NCBI GenBank assembly: GCA_963422615.1
Contig: OY730414.1
Location: 1,178,001-1,242,000 of the forward strand
DNA length: 64,000 nucleotides
Reading direction: 5' to 3'
Source of the DNA: Longimicrobiales bacterium
Lineage (GTDB): Bacteria > Gemmatimonadota > Gemmatimonadetes > Longimicrobiales > Gaopeijiaceae
The notes under the pieces were generated by a model. That model was not told where the DNA came from. It did no database searches and was given only the letters and a program-made list of their open reading frames with translations. Below are positions 19,701-28,495 of this stretch, one piece after another; position 1 is the first letter of the stretch, and each line of letters starts with the position of its first letter. The position numbers and the translations under genes were made by a program.

Positions 19701-21257
19701 GGCCGAACCGATCTTGTCCCAATGTTCGGCGACGAGCTTGGACTTCTTCACGGTGTTGCAGAAGGCGATCGCCGAGCGGGCCGGAACCTTCCCCTGTGCA
19801 GTGTCGATCTTCCCGGCTGGGCGGGTTCCCACCTTGGCGACAGAGTGGGGCGTGGCGAGGGCGTCCCAGCAGCCGGCCAGCTTTACGGCCGAGTCCAACG
19901 ACACGTCGGAATCGGCGCGGGCCGCCTTGGTGCCCACCACGGACTGCTGGTAGGCGGCTTCCGACGCCACGATCACCAGCACCTCATAGTCCGAAAGACA
20001 GTTGGCATCCAGCGCTTCGGCGAAGCTCATCCTGAAGAACTCGGGGCCGTATTTTGCCTCATCGTCCATCGAATAGCTGTCGCCGTCGAAGCCTTCCGAT
20101 TCCAGCTTCTTCTTCAGGCGTTTCGTGAAGACGCGGGGCGTGGCCGTCATGAAGAGGCGTTTTGCCGCGGGCAGATAATCGTCCCGGTGAACGAGCAGGA
20201 AGGGTGACACGCCCTCGTAGCCCTTCACCTTGCTCCGGTCGGGGACGCCGGTGGTGCGGTGGGCCTCATCACAGATCACCAAGTCGAAGCGGAAGCCGGG
20301 CAGTGCCTCCAGGGCCGTGGCGATCTTGGACGTCGACTGATACGTGGAAAAGACCACCCGCATGGCGCCGCCGGGTACGGGTTGGGCAAGCTCCTTGGCA
20401 AGCCGGTCCGGGTCGGTCGTCACCGGCATCGCGAGTTCGGTCAAGTTGCCCACGGTACCGGAAGCTTCGCCCGTCTTGCGGGCCGTCGTGCTGTCGGAGC
20501 ACACGCCCAGGTAGCGAAGATCAAGCGTCCGCTGCCTAGACCATTCCCGCATGGTCTGGCCCATCAGGGCAATCGATGGCACCAGGTACAGGACCGTGCT
20601 GCCCAAGCCCGCCTCCTGCTCGGCCGCCCGGAGGGCCACGAACGACTTCCCGGTTCCACAGGGGAGGATCAGCTTCCCCCTGTCGGAGCTCGTGAAGCCG
20701 GCCTGGATCTTCTCCAGCGCCTGCCGCTGATGGGCCCAGGGGGTATGCTTGGGCAGATCGACCGGGTCCACCAGCCTTGCCGCGTCGAAGGAAGGCCGCC
20801 AGTCGTCGACCCAGTCGTCCATCTCCGCCGTGTGCAGCACATGGCAGCGGGGGTCCGCCTTTTCCAGCTTCTGATAGCCGATTTTGGGGATGTCCCTGCT
20901 CGTGATCAGCATTCGGGCCTTGAAGTCCGCCCCATCCGAGTCCGCGAGAAAGCTGTCGATCTCGGACGTCTTGGTTTTGCTCTTGCCGTATTTGCACTGG
21001 ATCGCGCAGAAGCCGCCTCCCCAGGCCACGCGTTGACGGGCCACCAAGTCGATGCCCGTGTCCTGTCGCGAATATCCACGCGCCTCCCGGTCCGGCCAGT
21101 TCTGCCAGAGCCAGACGTCCTCGAACCGGTCCCGCCCGTATTCGCCCGGGTGGGACTTCAGGGCGTCCCGCACCACAAACTCGAAGCGCTTGCCCGCCAG
21201 GGCGTGCGAAGGGTCATCGTGACGGAGCGATCGAATCGCTTCGGCGATATGGGCCAT
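16611..21257 (-). CDS. Type ISP restriction-modification enzyme (Mrr-like nuclease, SF2 helicase, m6A MTase, N-part of TRD) with variable C-terminus
   Basis: DTGIDLVA..AIQCK; LPCGTGKS; CDEAH; MTATPR; QAVGRAMRK; DPFVGTGTF; GNPPW; LYRPFTK. ATG 21257 overlaps the upstream TGA. Confidence 0.93.
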   Translation of the reverse strand: MAHIAEAIRSLRHDDPSHALAGKRFEFVVRDALKSHPGEYGRDRFEDVWLWQNWPDREARGYSRQDTGIDLVARQRVAWGGGFCAIQCKYGKSKTKTSEIDSFLADSDGADFKARMLITSRDIPKIGYQKLEKADPRCHVLHTAEMDDWVDDWRPSFDAARLVDPVDLPKHTPWAHQRQALEKIQAGFTSSDRGKLILPCGTGKSFVALRAAEQEAGLGSTVLYLVPSIALMGQTMREWSRQRTLDLRYLGVCSDSTTARKTGEASGTVGNLTELAMPVTTDPDRLAKELAQPVPGGAMRVVFSTYQSTSKIATALEALPGFRFDLVICDEAHRTTGVPDRSKVKGYEGVSPFLLVHRDDYLPAAKRLFMTATPRVFTKRLKKKLESEGFDGDSYSMDDEAKYGPEFFRMSFAEALDANCLSDYEVLVIVASEAAYQQSVVGTKAARADSDVSLDSAVKLAGCWDALATPHSVAKVGTRPAGKIDTAQGKVPARSAIAFCNTVKKSKLVAEHWDKIGSAMTLKHPAGERKGFLVLDVSHIDGGTPAHERARQLHLLREHAAIPYRPHESPTPTTCRVLTNAQVLSEGVDVPALDAVVFLEPRRSEIDITQAVGRAMRKAEGKIKGYIVIPVVVPDFGEGEVDERARTILKEGDFSPVWQVARALRSHDDRIDYWLNNPRAVQKKSPFRLSTRLSGNNGGSRSISDAVQTELALALNDQFASMVVDSVGDKHMYPRWGQKAASICKTVRRKIDHLVASSPAAQTALHAFAGSLRDSVDPAVTDETTIQMVAQHVVTIPVFRVMFAESEFARRNPISRSIDRLLADFAKEGVAFDEDLRPLNRAYRTMERAFDGAVSGSEKLDILREIYDGFFAAAMKNEVKSLGIAYTPIPLVDFMLRSVNAVCKDQFGRGLTDEGVTILDPFVGTGTFVNRLLTARDAKGEYLIRDEDLERKYRHEIWANEIVLLAYYIAALTIEEARYDRLQSKDRAKGRAGMVPYEPFNRILLTDTFLMTEHSARRQFEFFEGIDENYERQEEQNRKPIWVVVGNPPWSAGQKRASDDNPNREYPDLSARVADTYGFWNKKVKGQGLGKAAGNLYVKACRWASDRVDMPAEVKDGPAVVALVTPNSFADAPSLTGMRAAVRDEFTDIYVVNLRGNAYKSGEERRKEGDPIFGVATRNGVQITVLVRNPDRKLAAPATLHYAEVPERYTREQKFQWLAQLGDVLSDHFKVVPVNQRHDWMNLGDETFFELLPLARPKKEDTPAAVRRHAIGLTTACDAYVYSFSRDALCKKVSALIDEFNRTLAEWRGTGFDKAALDSLTQNTRIDVIKWTGVLKSSLKRKQPLAFDEAKIREVLYRPFTKLWLYEDARILSSVKTISRMFAKASGIAPPPPENPTTPPPARGGRTSGFSSHPPPTEPSSRASPPHSSRTSTPWTQPEERPPGDPDHGDQQHDLSGPGDRKDAGSGRDQGLATDAGAAPASDVGAPHSPPPPPPRKSRVLGRAWGKGRRREAILVNQTQQLPFATLATDTLFDLCATGRQTRAIPRS
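16773..16792 (-). repeat. homopolymer C20 on the coding strand (tract 2)
   Basis: G20 on the + strand; followed on the coding strand by AGAAAATC. Confidence 0.95.
16805..16927 (-). other. alternative target-recognition cassette 2
   Basis: AILITGTSNMIFQALATAKMPDLAAIKGSQQTRALPRLLT*; in frame if tract 1 is C12 or C15. Confidence 0.85.
16918..17040 (-). other. alternative target-recognition cassette 1
   Basis: Manually translated: NVGLLIASPSNRTVFACLPTAQLPDLHALDPAGRAAPRRS*; in frame if tract 1 is C14 or C11. Confidence 0.85.
17080..17092 (-). repeat. homopolymer C13 on the coding strand (tract 1)
   Basis: G13 on the + strand; followed on the coding strand by AGAAAATC. Confidence 0.95.
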
Positions 21258-22216
21258 CAGGCTTGCTCCCGGGCCCCCGATGCGGGTGTTTCGCTGGGGT
21301 CGAGCCCTCGGGGGAGCCGGGTGTCGTCCTGCACTCCGGTGCCCTGGCTTGGTGCCCCACCGGAGGCCCAAGCGGACGCGTCGGCGGGCATGGCCAACCG
21401 CCCTTCCAGGGAAGGCGGCAACGACCGAATGATCTCGTCGGAACGGATGCCGACGTGGATGAGCCGCCGAAGATGGCGGATCAGCTGATAGGAGTCCTCC
21501 GCCCAGACGTGCCACTGGTTGGGGTCGTCCGGAACCGGCCAATCGGCCTTGCGGCGCAGGCTGTCTACCGCCCATTCAAGCGGCGACCGCCCGGATACCT
21601 TATACGCGAGTGCCTCCGGTGGGATGCCCTCCAACCGGCAACCATCGTTGACTTCCAGAACCGCCGTTCCGGTCTCTTCGTTTCGCCGGAGGCGCATGCG
21701 GGAACCGGTGATGCGATACGCATCGCCCGGGGTATCCCCCGCATCGGCCACCCCCGAACCGCGTTCCCCGCTGTTTGAATCGCATTCCCCGCTGTTTGCG
21801 CCGCGTTCTCCGCCTTCGATTTCCGCGAAGAGGGAGGTTTCAGCTAGCGCTCCCCCCCCCCCTGAATTCCGGGAGGCCGGGTCCACAAAACGAACCCGCA
21901 CGTCGGCCTCGGGACAGCTTTCGTAACCGGTGTGCAAATCCATCAATTCGCGCCCGGCGGTCCGGAAAGCTTCAAAGTCTGCGGCAAACGGGATTCTGGG
22001 AAGATTGCGCTGAAGATCGTGCTTATACGTTTCACGCCAGTCGGGGGCGTGCATCACCCCGTAAAAGTACTCCCAGATGTCGTCCTTCGTGATCCCATCG
22101 TCACCGTAGGCCCTCCGAAACTGGTTCAAACACCAGTCGGTGACGTTGTCCAGATCCCCTTCTCCTGGGATTGCCGGCTCGAACATCCCCCCTTGGCTCG
22201 GGGTTGGCATCGGCAA
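21257..22216 (-). CDS. stand-alone C-terminal part of the Type ISP specificity domain
   Basis: DNVTDWCLNQFR..ITKDDIWEYFYGVMHAPDWRETY..DL..NLPRIP..F..AGRELMDLH..YE, GIPPEALAYKVSGRSPLEW and DDPN are the normal extreme C-terminus of LlaBIII-like enzymes. Confidence 0.88.
   Translation of the reverse strand: MPMPTPSQGGMFEPAIPGEGDLDNVTDWCLNQFRRAYGDDGITKDDIWEYFYGVMHAPDWRETYKHDLQRNLPRIPFAADFEAFRTAGRELMDLHTGYESCPEADVRVRFVDPASRNSGGGGALAETSLFAEIEGGERGANSGECDSNSGERGSGVADAGDTPGDAYRITGSRMRLRRNEETGTAVLEVNDGCRLEGIPPEALAYKVSGRSPLEWAVDSLRRKADWPVPDDPNQWHVWAEDSYQLIRHLRRLIHVGIRSDEIIRSLPPSLEGRLAMPADASAWASGGAPSQGTGVQDDTRLPRGLDPSETPASGAREQA
21852..21862 (-). repeat. homopolymer G11 on the coding strand of the ISP C-terminal subunit gene
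   Basis: C11 on the + strand; encodes SGGGG in frame. Confidence 0.9.
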
Positions 22217-22418
22217 TCCTCACTTGTGGAAGTCTCTCAAGCGTGATGGACAGCGGGAGCGCGGCCCGGGTGCCTGATGGCGCCTGATCCTTATCGTCCC
22301 CGCTTGATCAATAGCGTCCAACCCTGCCAACTTTGCGCCACTCCCGGCTCGCGGCAACCCCAGCTCGCGGCAACCCCGACCCGCTGCGCCTCCGAACCCT
22401 CTTCCTAAGGAATCCTGC

Positions 22419-25400
22419 ATGGACGACGCTGCCCCCCTGCCCCCGACCCCTTTCACCCGCCGTTGCCCTTCCGTTGCTCTGGTGCTTCCGGCCTTCGCGC
22501 TGATCGCCTTCGCCCCGGCCACCCTGACCCAGGAGCCGGATCCGGAGGTCGTACGCCAGGCGGTTCGGGGACTCCAGTTGCGGGAAGTCGGCCCTGCCCT
22601 CATGGGGGGCCGGATTGCCGACATCGCTGTGCATCCCCGGGATCCCGTCGTCTGGTACGTGGCGGCGGGATCGGGAGGGCTGTGGAAGACGACGAACGCC
22701 GGGACGTCCTGGACCCCGGTCTTCGACGACCAGCCCTCGTATTCCATTGGTTCGGTCACCATCGACCCCGCCGACCCGGCCGTGGTGTGGGTGGGCACGG
22801 GAGAGAACGTCAGCGGTCGGCACGTCGCGTGGGGGGACGGCGTGTACCGGAGTCCGGACGGCGGCAAGACGTGGCGCCGGATGGGGCTCGACACCTCCGA
22901 ACACATCGGAAAGATCCTGGTGGATCCCAGGGACGGGGACGTTGTGTTTGCGGCCTCCGAAGGTCCCTTGTGGTCGTCGGGGGGAGAGCGGGGCCTCTAC
23001 AAGACGACGGACCGGGGGGAGACCTGGCGGGCCGTCCTGCAGGTGGACGAGAACACGGGCGTCACCGACGTGGAGTTCGACCCCCGGAACCCCGACGTTC
23101 TGTACGCGGCCACCTACGAGCGGCGCCGGAGCGTTTGGGCCCTCCTGGCAGGCGGCCCCGGTTCAGGCGTCTACAAGTCCGTCGACGGTGGGGAGACGTG
23201 GCGGGAGGTGACGGACGGGCTCCCGGACGGCGACATGGGGAAGATCGGCCTGGACGTGTCGGGCGCCAGCCCCAACGTGATTTATGCCACGATCGAAGCC
23301 GGGCCAGGGAAGGCCGGCTTCTACCGATCGACGGACCGGGGGGAGAGCTGGGAGCGGCGAAACGCCTACCTGTCCGGGGGCACGGGACCCCACTACTACC
23401 AGGAAATCGAGGCGTCTCCCCACGATGTGGATGTGGTCTACCAGATGGACGTGTTCGTTCATGTGACCCGGGACGGCGGATCGACCTTTGCGGTGCTGGG
23501 GACGGGTCGCGAAAAACACAGCGACAATCATGCCCTCTGGATCGACCCCGAGGATGGGCGGCACCTGCTGGCCGGGACCGACGCGGGCCTCTACGAGACC
23601 TTCGATGAGGGAGCCACGTGGCGCCACTTTCCCAATCTTCCCATCTCCCAGTTCTACCGGCTGGCCCTGGACAACTCCGAGCCCTTCTACAACATCCTGG
23701 GCGGGGCTCAGGACCTGGGGACCCTGCTGGGGCCTTCCCGGACGCTGAACATGGAGGGGGTTCGCAACCGGGACTGGTACGTTCCCCTGGGCGCAGACGG
23801 GTACGCCGCCGCCTTCGATCCGGAAGACCCGGACATCGCGTACATCCAGTCTCAGCAGGGCAACCTCCAGCGCCTGGACCGGCGGAGCGAAGAGGTGATC
23901 GGGATCCGTCCCCTCCCGGCGCCTGGCGACCCTCCCGAGCGCTGGAACTGGGATTCGCCCTTGCTCGTGAGCCCTCATTCCCCGTCCCGGATCTACTACG
24001 CCTCCCAGCGACTCTGGAGGAGCGACGACCGGGGGGACTCATGGCGGGCCGTGAGCGAGGACCTGACCCGAAACCTGAACCGCTACACGCTGGCGATGGC
24101 CGGACGGGTCCGAAGCGTGGATGCCCTATACGGCAACACCGCCATGTCCTGGTACTCCACCATCACCACCCTCTCCGAGTCCCCGGTGGCCGAGGGGGTG
24201 CTGTACGTGGGCACCGACGACGGGCTCATCCAGGTGAGCGAGGACGGGGGCGGGTCGTGGCGGGAAGCGGCCCCCCTCCCGGGGGTGCCTCCCCGAGCGT
24301 TCGTGAACCAGGTCCGGGCGTCTCTTCATGACCGGGCCACCGTGTTCGCGGCTGCCGATGCCCACAAGGAAGGGGACTATGCGCCGTACCTCTTCGAGAG
24401 CAACGACTTCGGGCGGAGTTGGCGGTCCGTTTCCGGTGACCTTCGGGAGGGGAACGTCATCTGGTCCGTGGAGCAGGACCACATGAACTCCTCCCTCCTC
24501 TTTGTCGGTACCGAGTTCGGCGTCTACTTCACACCCAACCGTGGCGTGAACTGGGTGGAGCTGGGTGCAGGGGTTCCGACCATCGCCTTTAGGGATTTGG
24601 AAATCCACCGCCGAGAAAACGACCTGGTGGGCGCGACCTTCGGCCGCGGCTTCTACGTCCTGGACGACTATACTCCTCTTCGAAACATCGCCGCCGGCGC
24701 CCTGACGGAAGAGGAGGTCCTCTTTCCCGTGAGGGACGCCTGGTGGTACGTGCCTAGCGTGCCCATGCAGGCACCGGGCCAGCCGACCCTGGGGACGACC
24801 CACTACACGGCCCCCAACCCCGACTTCGGTGCCACCTTCACCTACTATCTGGCCGAAGCCCGAGAGACCTCCCGGGAGACACGCCGTCGCGCCGAGAGGG
24901 AGCTGCGGGAGCGGGGAACAGACGTTCCCTTCCCCGGCTACGAACGACTGGCGGCCGAGGCCCTCGAGGGCGAACCCCGGATTGCCCTTCTGGTGACCGA
25001 TGCCGAGGGTCAGCCGGTGCGCCGCGTTACGGGTCCCGCTTCGGCCGGCCTCCACCGGGTCACCTGGGATTTGCGGCGCCCGCCTCCCGACCCCGTCAAC
25101 CTGACTACGCCCGGTTTCGTTCCGCCTTGGGCGGGGGAGCCTCGGGGGCCCCTGGCACCGCCGGGGAGGTATCGGGTCGAAATGGCGTTGGTTACGGAAG
25201 ACGGGATGACGCCCCTGGGCGGGTCCCGGGAATTTGACGTGAAAGCGGTTCCCACCGCTCGGGCGGGGGTCGACTTCCAGGCCGCCATGGCCTTCCAGGA
25301 GGAAACGGCCGACCTGCTTCGCCGAGCCCGGGGAGCCGCTGCGGAAGTCGGCCGAGCCCGGGCGCGGCTTCGCCACATGCGCGAGGCACTGAACGAAACC

Positions 25401-25742
25401 CCTGCGGCTGGGGACGATCTGTATCGCCGTCTGGAGGAAGTCGAGGAACGCATCGAGGAGATCGGGACCCGCCTGCAGGGGGATCGAACCCGGCGTGGTC
25501 TCAACGAGCCCGGCGTTCCTTCGATCCTCGGGCGTCTGGGCCAGGTCGCCGGAGGGCACTGGGGGACCCGGCAGATGCCCACCGAGACCCAGCGGACCAG
25601 CCTTGGCGTCACGCGAAGGGAATTCGCGGGCTTGCTCCAGGATTTGACCGCACTCCTGGATGGGGATCTGGCGGAGCTGGAGGCGGACTTGGAAGCTGCC
25701 GGAGCCCCGTGGACCCCGGGGCGCCGGATCTCCGGGGAATGA
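22419..25742 (+). CDS. secreted VPS10/BNR-repeat (glycosyl hydrolase-like) beta-propeller protein
   Basis: Signal peptide; repeated SxDGGxTW Asp-boxes; GPALMGGRIAD; RWNWDSP; ATFGRGFYVLDD. Confidence 0.9.
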   Translation: MDDAAPLPPTPFTRRCPSVALVLPAFALIAFAPATLTQEPDPEVVRQAVRGLQLREVGPALMGGRIADIAVHPRDPVVWYVAAGSGGLWKTTNAGTSWTPVFDDQPSYSIGSVTIDPADPAVVWVGTGENVSGRHVAWGDGVYRSPDGGKTWRRMGLDTSEHIGKILVDPRDGDVVFAASEGPLWSSGGERGLYKTTDRGETWRAVLQVDENTGVTDVEFDPRNPDVLYAATYERRRSVWALLAGGPGSGVYKSVDGGETWREVTDGLPDGDMGKIGLDVSGASPNVIYATIEAGPGKAGFYRSTDRGESWERRNAYLSGGTGPHYYQEIEASPHDVDVVYQMDVFVHVTRDGGSTFAVLGTGREKHSDNHALWIDPEDGRHLLAGTDAGLYETFDEGATWRHFPNLPISQFYRLALDNSEPFYNILGGAQDLGTLLGPSRTLNMEGVRNRDWYVPLGADGYAAAFDPEDPDIAYIQSQQGNLQRLDRRSEEVIGIRPLPAPGDPPERWNWDSPLLVSPHSPSRIYYASQRLWRSDDRGDSWRAVSEDLTRNLNRYTLAMAGRVRSVDALYGNTAMSWYSTITTLSESPVAEGVLYVGTDDGLIQVSEDGGGSWREAAPLPGVPPRAFVNQVRASLHDRATVFAAADAHKEGDYAPYLFESNDFGRSWRSVSGDLREGNVIWSVEQDHMNSSLLFVGTEFGVYFTPNRGVNWVELGAGVPTIAFRDLEIHRRENDLVGATFGRGFYVLDDYTPLRNIAAGALTEEEVLFPVRDAWWYVPSVPMQAPGQPTLGTTHYTAPNPDFGATFTYYLAEARETSRETRRRAERELRERGTDVPFPGYERLAAEALEGEPRIALLVTDAEGQPVRRVTGPASAGLHRVTWDLRRPPPDPVNLTTPGFVPPWAGEPRGPLAPPGRYRVEMALVTEDGMTPLGGSREFDVKAVPTARAGVDFQAAMAFQEETADLLRRARGAAAEVGRARARLRHMREALNETPAAGDDLYRRLEEVEERIEEIGTRLQGDRTRRGLNEPGVPSILGRLGQVAGGHWGTRQMPTETQRTSLGVTRREFAGLLQDLTALLDGDLAELEADLEAAGAPWTPGRRISGE

Positions 25743-25876
25743 CCCGGGAGGCGGGGCCGAACCGGGCGGGGTTCCGCCTGAGCCGGGAAAACCGGTACAT
25801 TCCCTGAAGGGACGATTGCCCTTATGAGGGACGATCGCGGACGGTGGGGGGGGCCCGAAGAGGAGAGGGGCTTGCG

Positions 25877-26656
25877 ATGTTGATGACGCCCGTGGTTCAG
25901 CGTCTGCTCTTGGCGAATGTGGTTGTTTTCCTGTTGACGCGGGTGTATCCGACTGCCTTGCAGGACTTCGGGTTTGGCCCCGGGGGCATACTGGTCCGCC
26001 CTTGGACCCTTGTCTCCTACATGTTTCTCCACGCCAACTTTCCGCACATCCTCTTCAACATGCTCATCCTCTTCTTTTTCGGCCCCCGCCTGGAAGAGCG
26101 CCTGGGGAGCAAATCCTTCATCTGGTTCTATGTCGTGTGCGGGATCGGGGGCGCGATCTTGTCCCTTGCCTTCTTCATGTTTGCCCCCTTCTCCGTAATA
26201 ATCGGGGCTTCCGGCGCCGTCTACGGGGTGGTGTTGGGGTTCGCCCGCTATTGGCCCCGGGAAGACATCTACATCTGGGGCCTGCTACCTGTCCAGGCCC
26301 GCATCCTCGCCCTGTTCATGCTGCTTTCCAGCCTCTTCGCGGGCTTCACCGGCGCCGGGGACGGGATCGCCCACTTCGCTCACTTGGGAGGTTTGGTGGT
26401 CGGGTGGCTCTTTCTGAAGCGCTGGGAGAATCGGCGGACCCGGGGCGTTGTCCAACCTCCCGGCCCGCCCCCGAAGGCAACGGGTGCCCAAGATGTCGAA
26501 GCGGTGGAGCGCTGGAGAGCGATCCCTCGAGAGCGTCTCCACGAGATCAACCGGGCGGAGCTGGATGCCCTGCTCCAGAAGATCGGGGAGGTGGGGGTCA
26601 AGGCGTTGACCAGGGACGAACGGGCCTTCCTGGACCGAATTGCCAAGTCCTTGTAA
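25877..26656 (+). CDS. rhomboid family intramembrane serine protease
   Basis: YMFLH..HILFNM, GASGA (catalytic Ser), AHLGG (catalytic His). Confidence 0.95.
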   Translation: MLMTPVVQRLLLANVVVFLLTRVYPTALQDFGFGPGGILVRPWTLVSYMFLHANFPHILFNMLILFFFGPRLEERLGSKSFIWFYVVCGIGGAILSLAFFMFAPFSVIIGASGAVYGVVLGFARYWPREDIYIWGLLPVQARILALFMLLSSLFAGFTGAGDGIAHFAHLGGLVVGWLFLKRWENRRTRGVVQPPGPPPKATGAQDVEAVERWRAIPRERLHEINRAELDALLQKIGEVGVKALTRDERAFLDRIAKSL

Positions 26657-26768
26657 AGAAGCGCTTACGGCCCTTCTTCATGTTCATCCCTCCGACCGAT
26701 GGGCCGGGTGTGTCCGATGGGTCGCAAGGTCCACGCCCCCGCCTTCAAATCCCCCTGGAGCGGGTCCT

Positions 26769-27470
26769 TCAAGACGCCCCAAGCAGCCTAGCCGCTTCGG
26801 CCATGTTCGGGACTTCGGCGTCGGGGCGAGCTCGGGCGGAAGGGGTCGCTCCGCCGGATGCGCCGCCTCGGCGATTCACCCACAGCGTGGCGTAGCCCAA
26901 GGATGAGGCCGGCGCAATGTCGTGGAAGAGGCTCTGGGCGACGTGAAGGGTGCGGCTCCGAGAAATGCCGGAACGGGCGGCCATCTCGTGGAAGTGGCCG
27001 AAGGCGGGCTTGTAGCTCTTCACCTGCTGGGCTGTGACGATCCAGTCGAACTGGATGGGCAATCCCACGCCGGTCTTCGCGAAGAGGTCGTCATCGACGT
27101 TGGAAACGATCCCCAGCCGGTAGCGTCGACCCAGTCGACGGAGCGCCTCGACGGTATCCGGGAAGACGGGCCAGTCCCCAACCGAGCCTGCGAAGGCGTC
27201 CCGTTCCGCTTTTGTGGGACGGAAGCCCAGGGATCGGCCCAGGCGGTCCAGGGTGATCTTGAGGACATCCCGGTACGTGCGGTAGCCTTCTCCTTGCACC
27301 CGGTGTTCGAATCGGGCGAAACCCGCCAGCAGGCTTTCGTCGTCCGAATCGATGCCGTGGATAGCGCAGACGGCCCGCAGCGCCGAAAGGATCCCGGCCT
27401 CCCAGTCGACCAGGGTGCCGTAACAGTCGAAGGTGAGGAGCTGGAACCGGGTCGGGTCGAGAAGGCGCAT
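26769..27470 (-). CDS. haloacid dehalogenase type II / HAD hydrolase
   Basis: TFDCYGTLVDWE, SNVD, SYKP, HVAQSLFHDI motifs. Confidence 0.93.
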   Translation of the reverse strand: MRLLDPTRFQLLTFDCYGTLVDWEAGILSALRAVCAIHGIDSDDESLLAGFARFEHRVQGEGYRTYRDVLKITLDRLGRSLGFRPTKAERDAFAGSVGDWPVFPDTVEALRRLGRRYRLGIVSNVDDDLFAKTGVGLPIQFDWIVTAQQVKSYKPAFGHFHEMAARSGISRSRTLHVAQSLFHDIAPASSLGYATLWVNRRGGASGGATPSARARPDAEVPNMAEAARLLGAS

Positions 27471-27502
27471 GACCGGACGTTCTCTCCTGTCGCCGCCGGA
27501 GG

Positions 27503-28006
27503 CTACATGTCCGGGAAGTCTGCCGTCGGACCCATCGTCGGGGGCACGGGCACATCCAGGAGGCGGAGGTAGACGCCCATCTGGGCCCGGTGGTGAATCA
27601 TGTGGTCCAGGATGAAACCCCGGAGAACCGCCCGCTTGGGCAGGGAGAAGCGGGTCTCGCCCCGGACAAGCAGGCTCCAGGGCGCCTGGAAGTCTTCCTC
27701 CGAGGCCCGCTCAATGGCCCCTCGGGCTGCTGCCGCATTCGTGTTCAGGGCTTCGACGAGCCGAGCGCTGGAGGCGTACTCGGCCATCGGCGGCGGGTCG
27801 CCCTCCGGGTCGATGTTGAATGTGGACTCCGCGAGGGTCGGCAGGGTCCATTGCGGCAGGTTGGCGATGTGGCTCCCCAGTTTTCCCAGCGTCCACGACT
27901 TCTCGTGGGGCCGCCAGTCTATCCGGTCATCCGGAACGGACGCCAATACCGCTCTACAACCTTCAACGACGCGGTCGAAGGCCATCAAGAAAGCTGTGTC
28001 CGACAT
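27503..28006 (-). CDS. DinB family protein
   Basis: WRPHEKSWTLG.L..H and HMIHHRAQMGVYLRL motifs; ATG at 28006 with GGAGG upstream. Confidence 0.9.
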   Translation of the reverse strand: MSDTAFLMAFDRVVEGCRAVLASVPDDRIDWRPHEKSWTLGKLGSHIANLPQWTLPTLAESTFNIDPEGDPPPMAEYASSARLVEALNTNAAAARGAIERASEEDFQAPWSLLVRGETRFSLPKRAVLRGFILDHMIHHRAQMGVYLRLLDVPVPPTMGPTADFPDM

Positions 28007-28495
28007 GAACCCACCTCCGATATTTTTCGATATAGGAAAAGGCCACCAACGGCCGCCGGTGGCCAAGGCGACCGGGGACAAGCCGGAACGTCAAGTCTCC
28101 GCCGGGAGATCAGGTCCCCTCATGTTCTTCAAGGTATCTTCAAGGTAGATGAGGGAGAGACGCGGCGGAATAGCCCGCTCCGCGAGCCTCGCTGGGCGGG
28201 GCCCTCCGCCAACCCCCAGCGCCCAGTTCGGCGAACCCGGCCTCGGATGGGCCAGGCCCGGTCATGGTACCCATGGAGGCGAGCGTGGCCCGAGCAGCCC
28301 GAAGACCAGGGCGCCGGCCGGATTGGCGGGAGGCGGCTTGTCGTTTGTACTCTTGGCAACCGTGAAGGGAGCGCGATGGCCCAATCGTACGTCACGGATA
28401 CGGGTCGCGGGGCCAGCGGCCCGCGGCACAATCCTTCCGCCCACGATGGAGTAGGGCCCATGCCGAATCCCGCCCTCGGGATCCCTAGCTGAATC

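Noticed and set aside
21258..21575. N-terminal extension of the 1654-aa ORF
   Set aside because: It overlaps the upstream gene and is low complexity; the TGATG coupling points to ATG 21257.
22347..22377. Tandem 15-bp repeat gctcgcggcaacccc
   Set aside because: Only two copies, no spacers; not CRISPR-like and no evident function.
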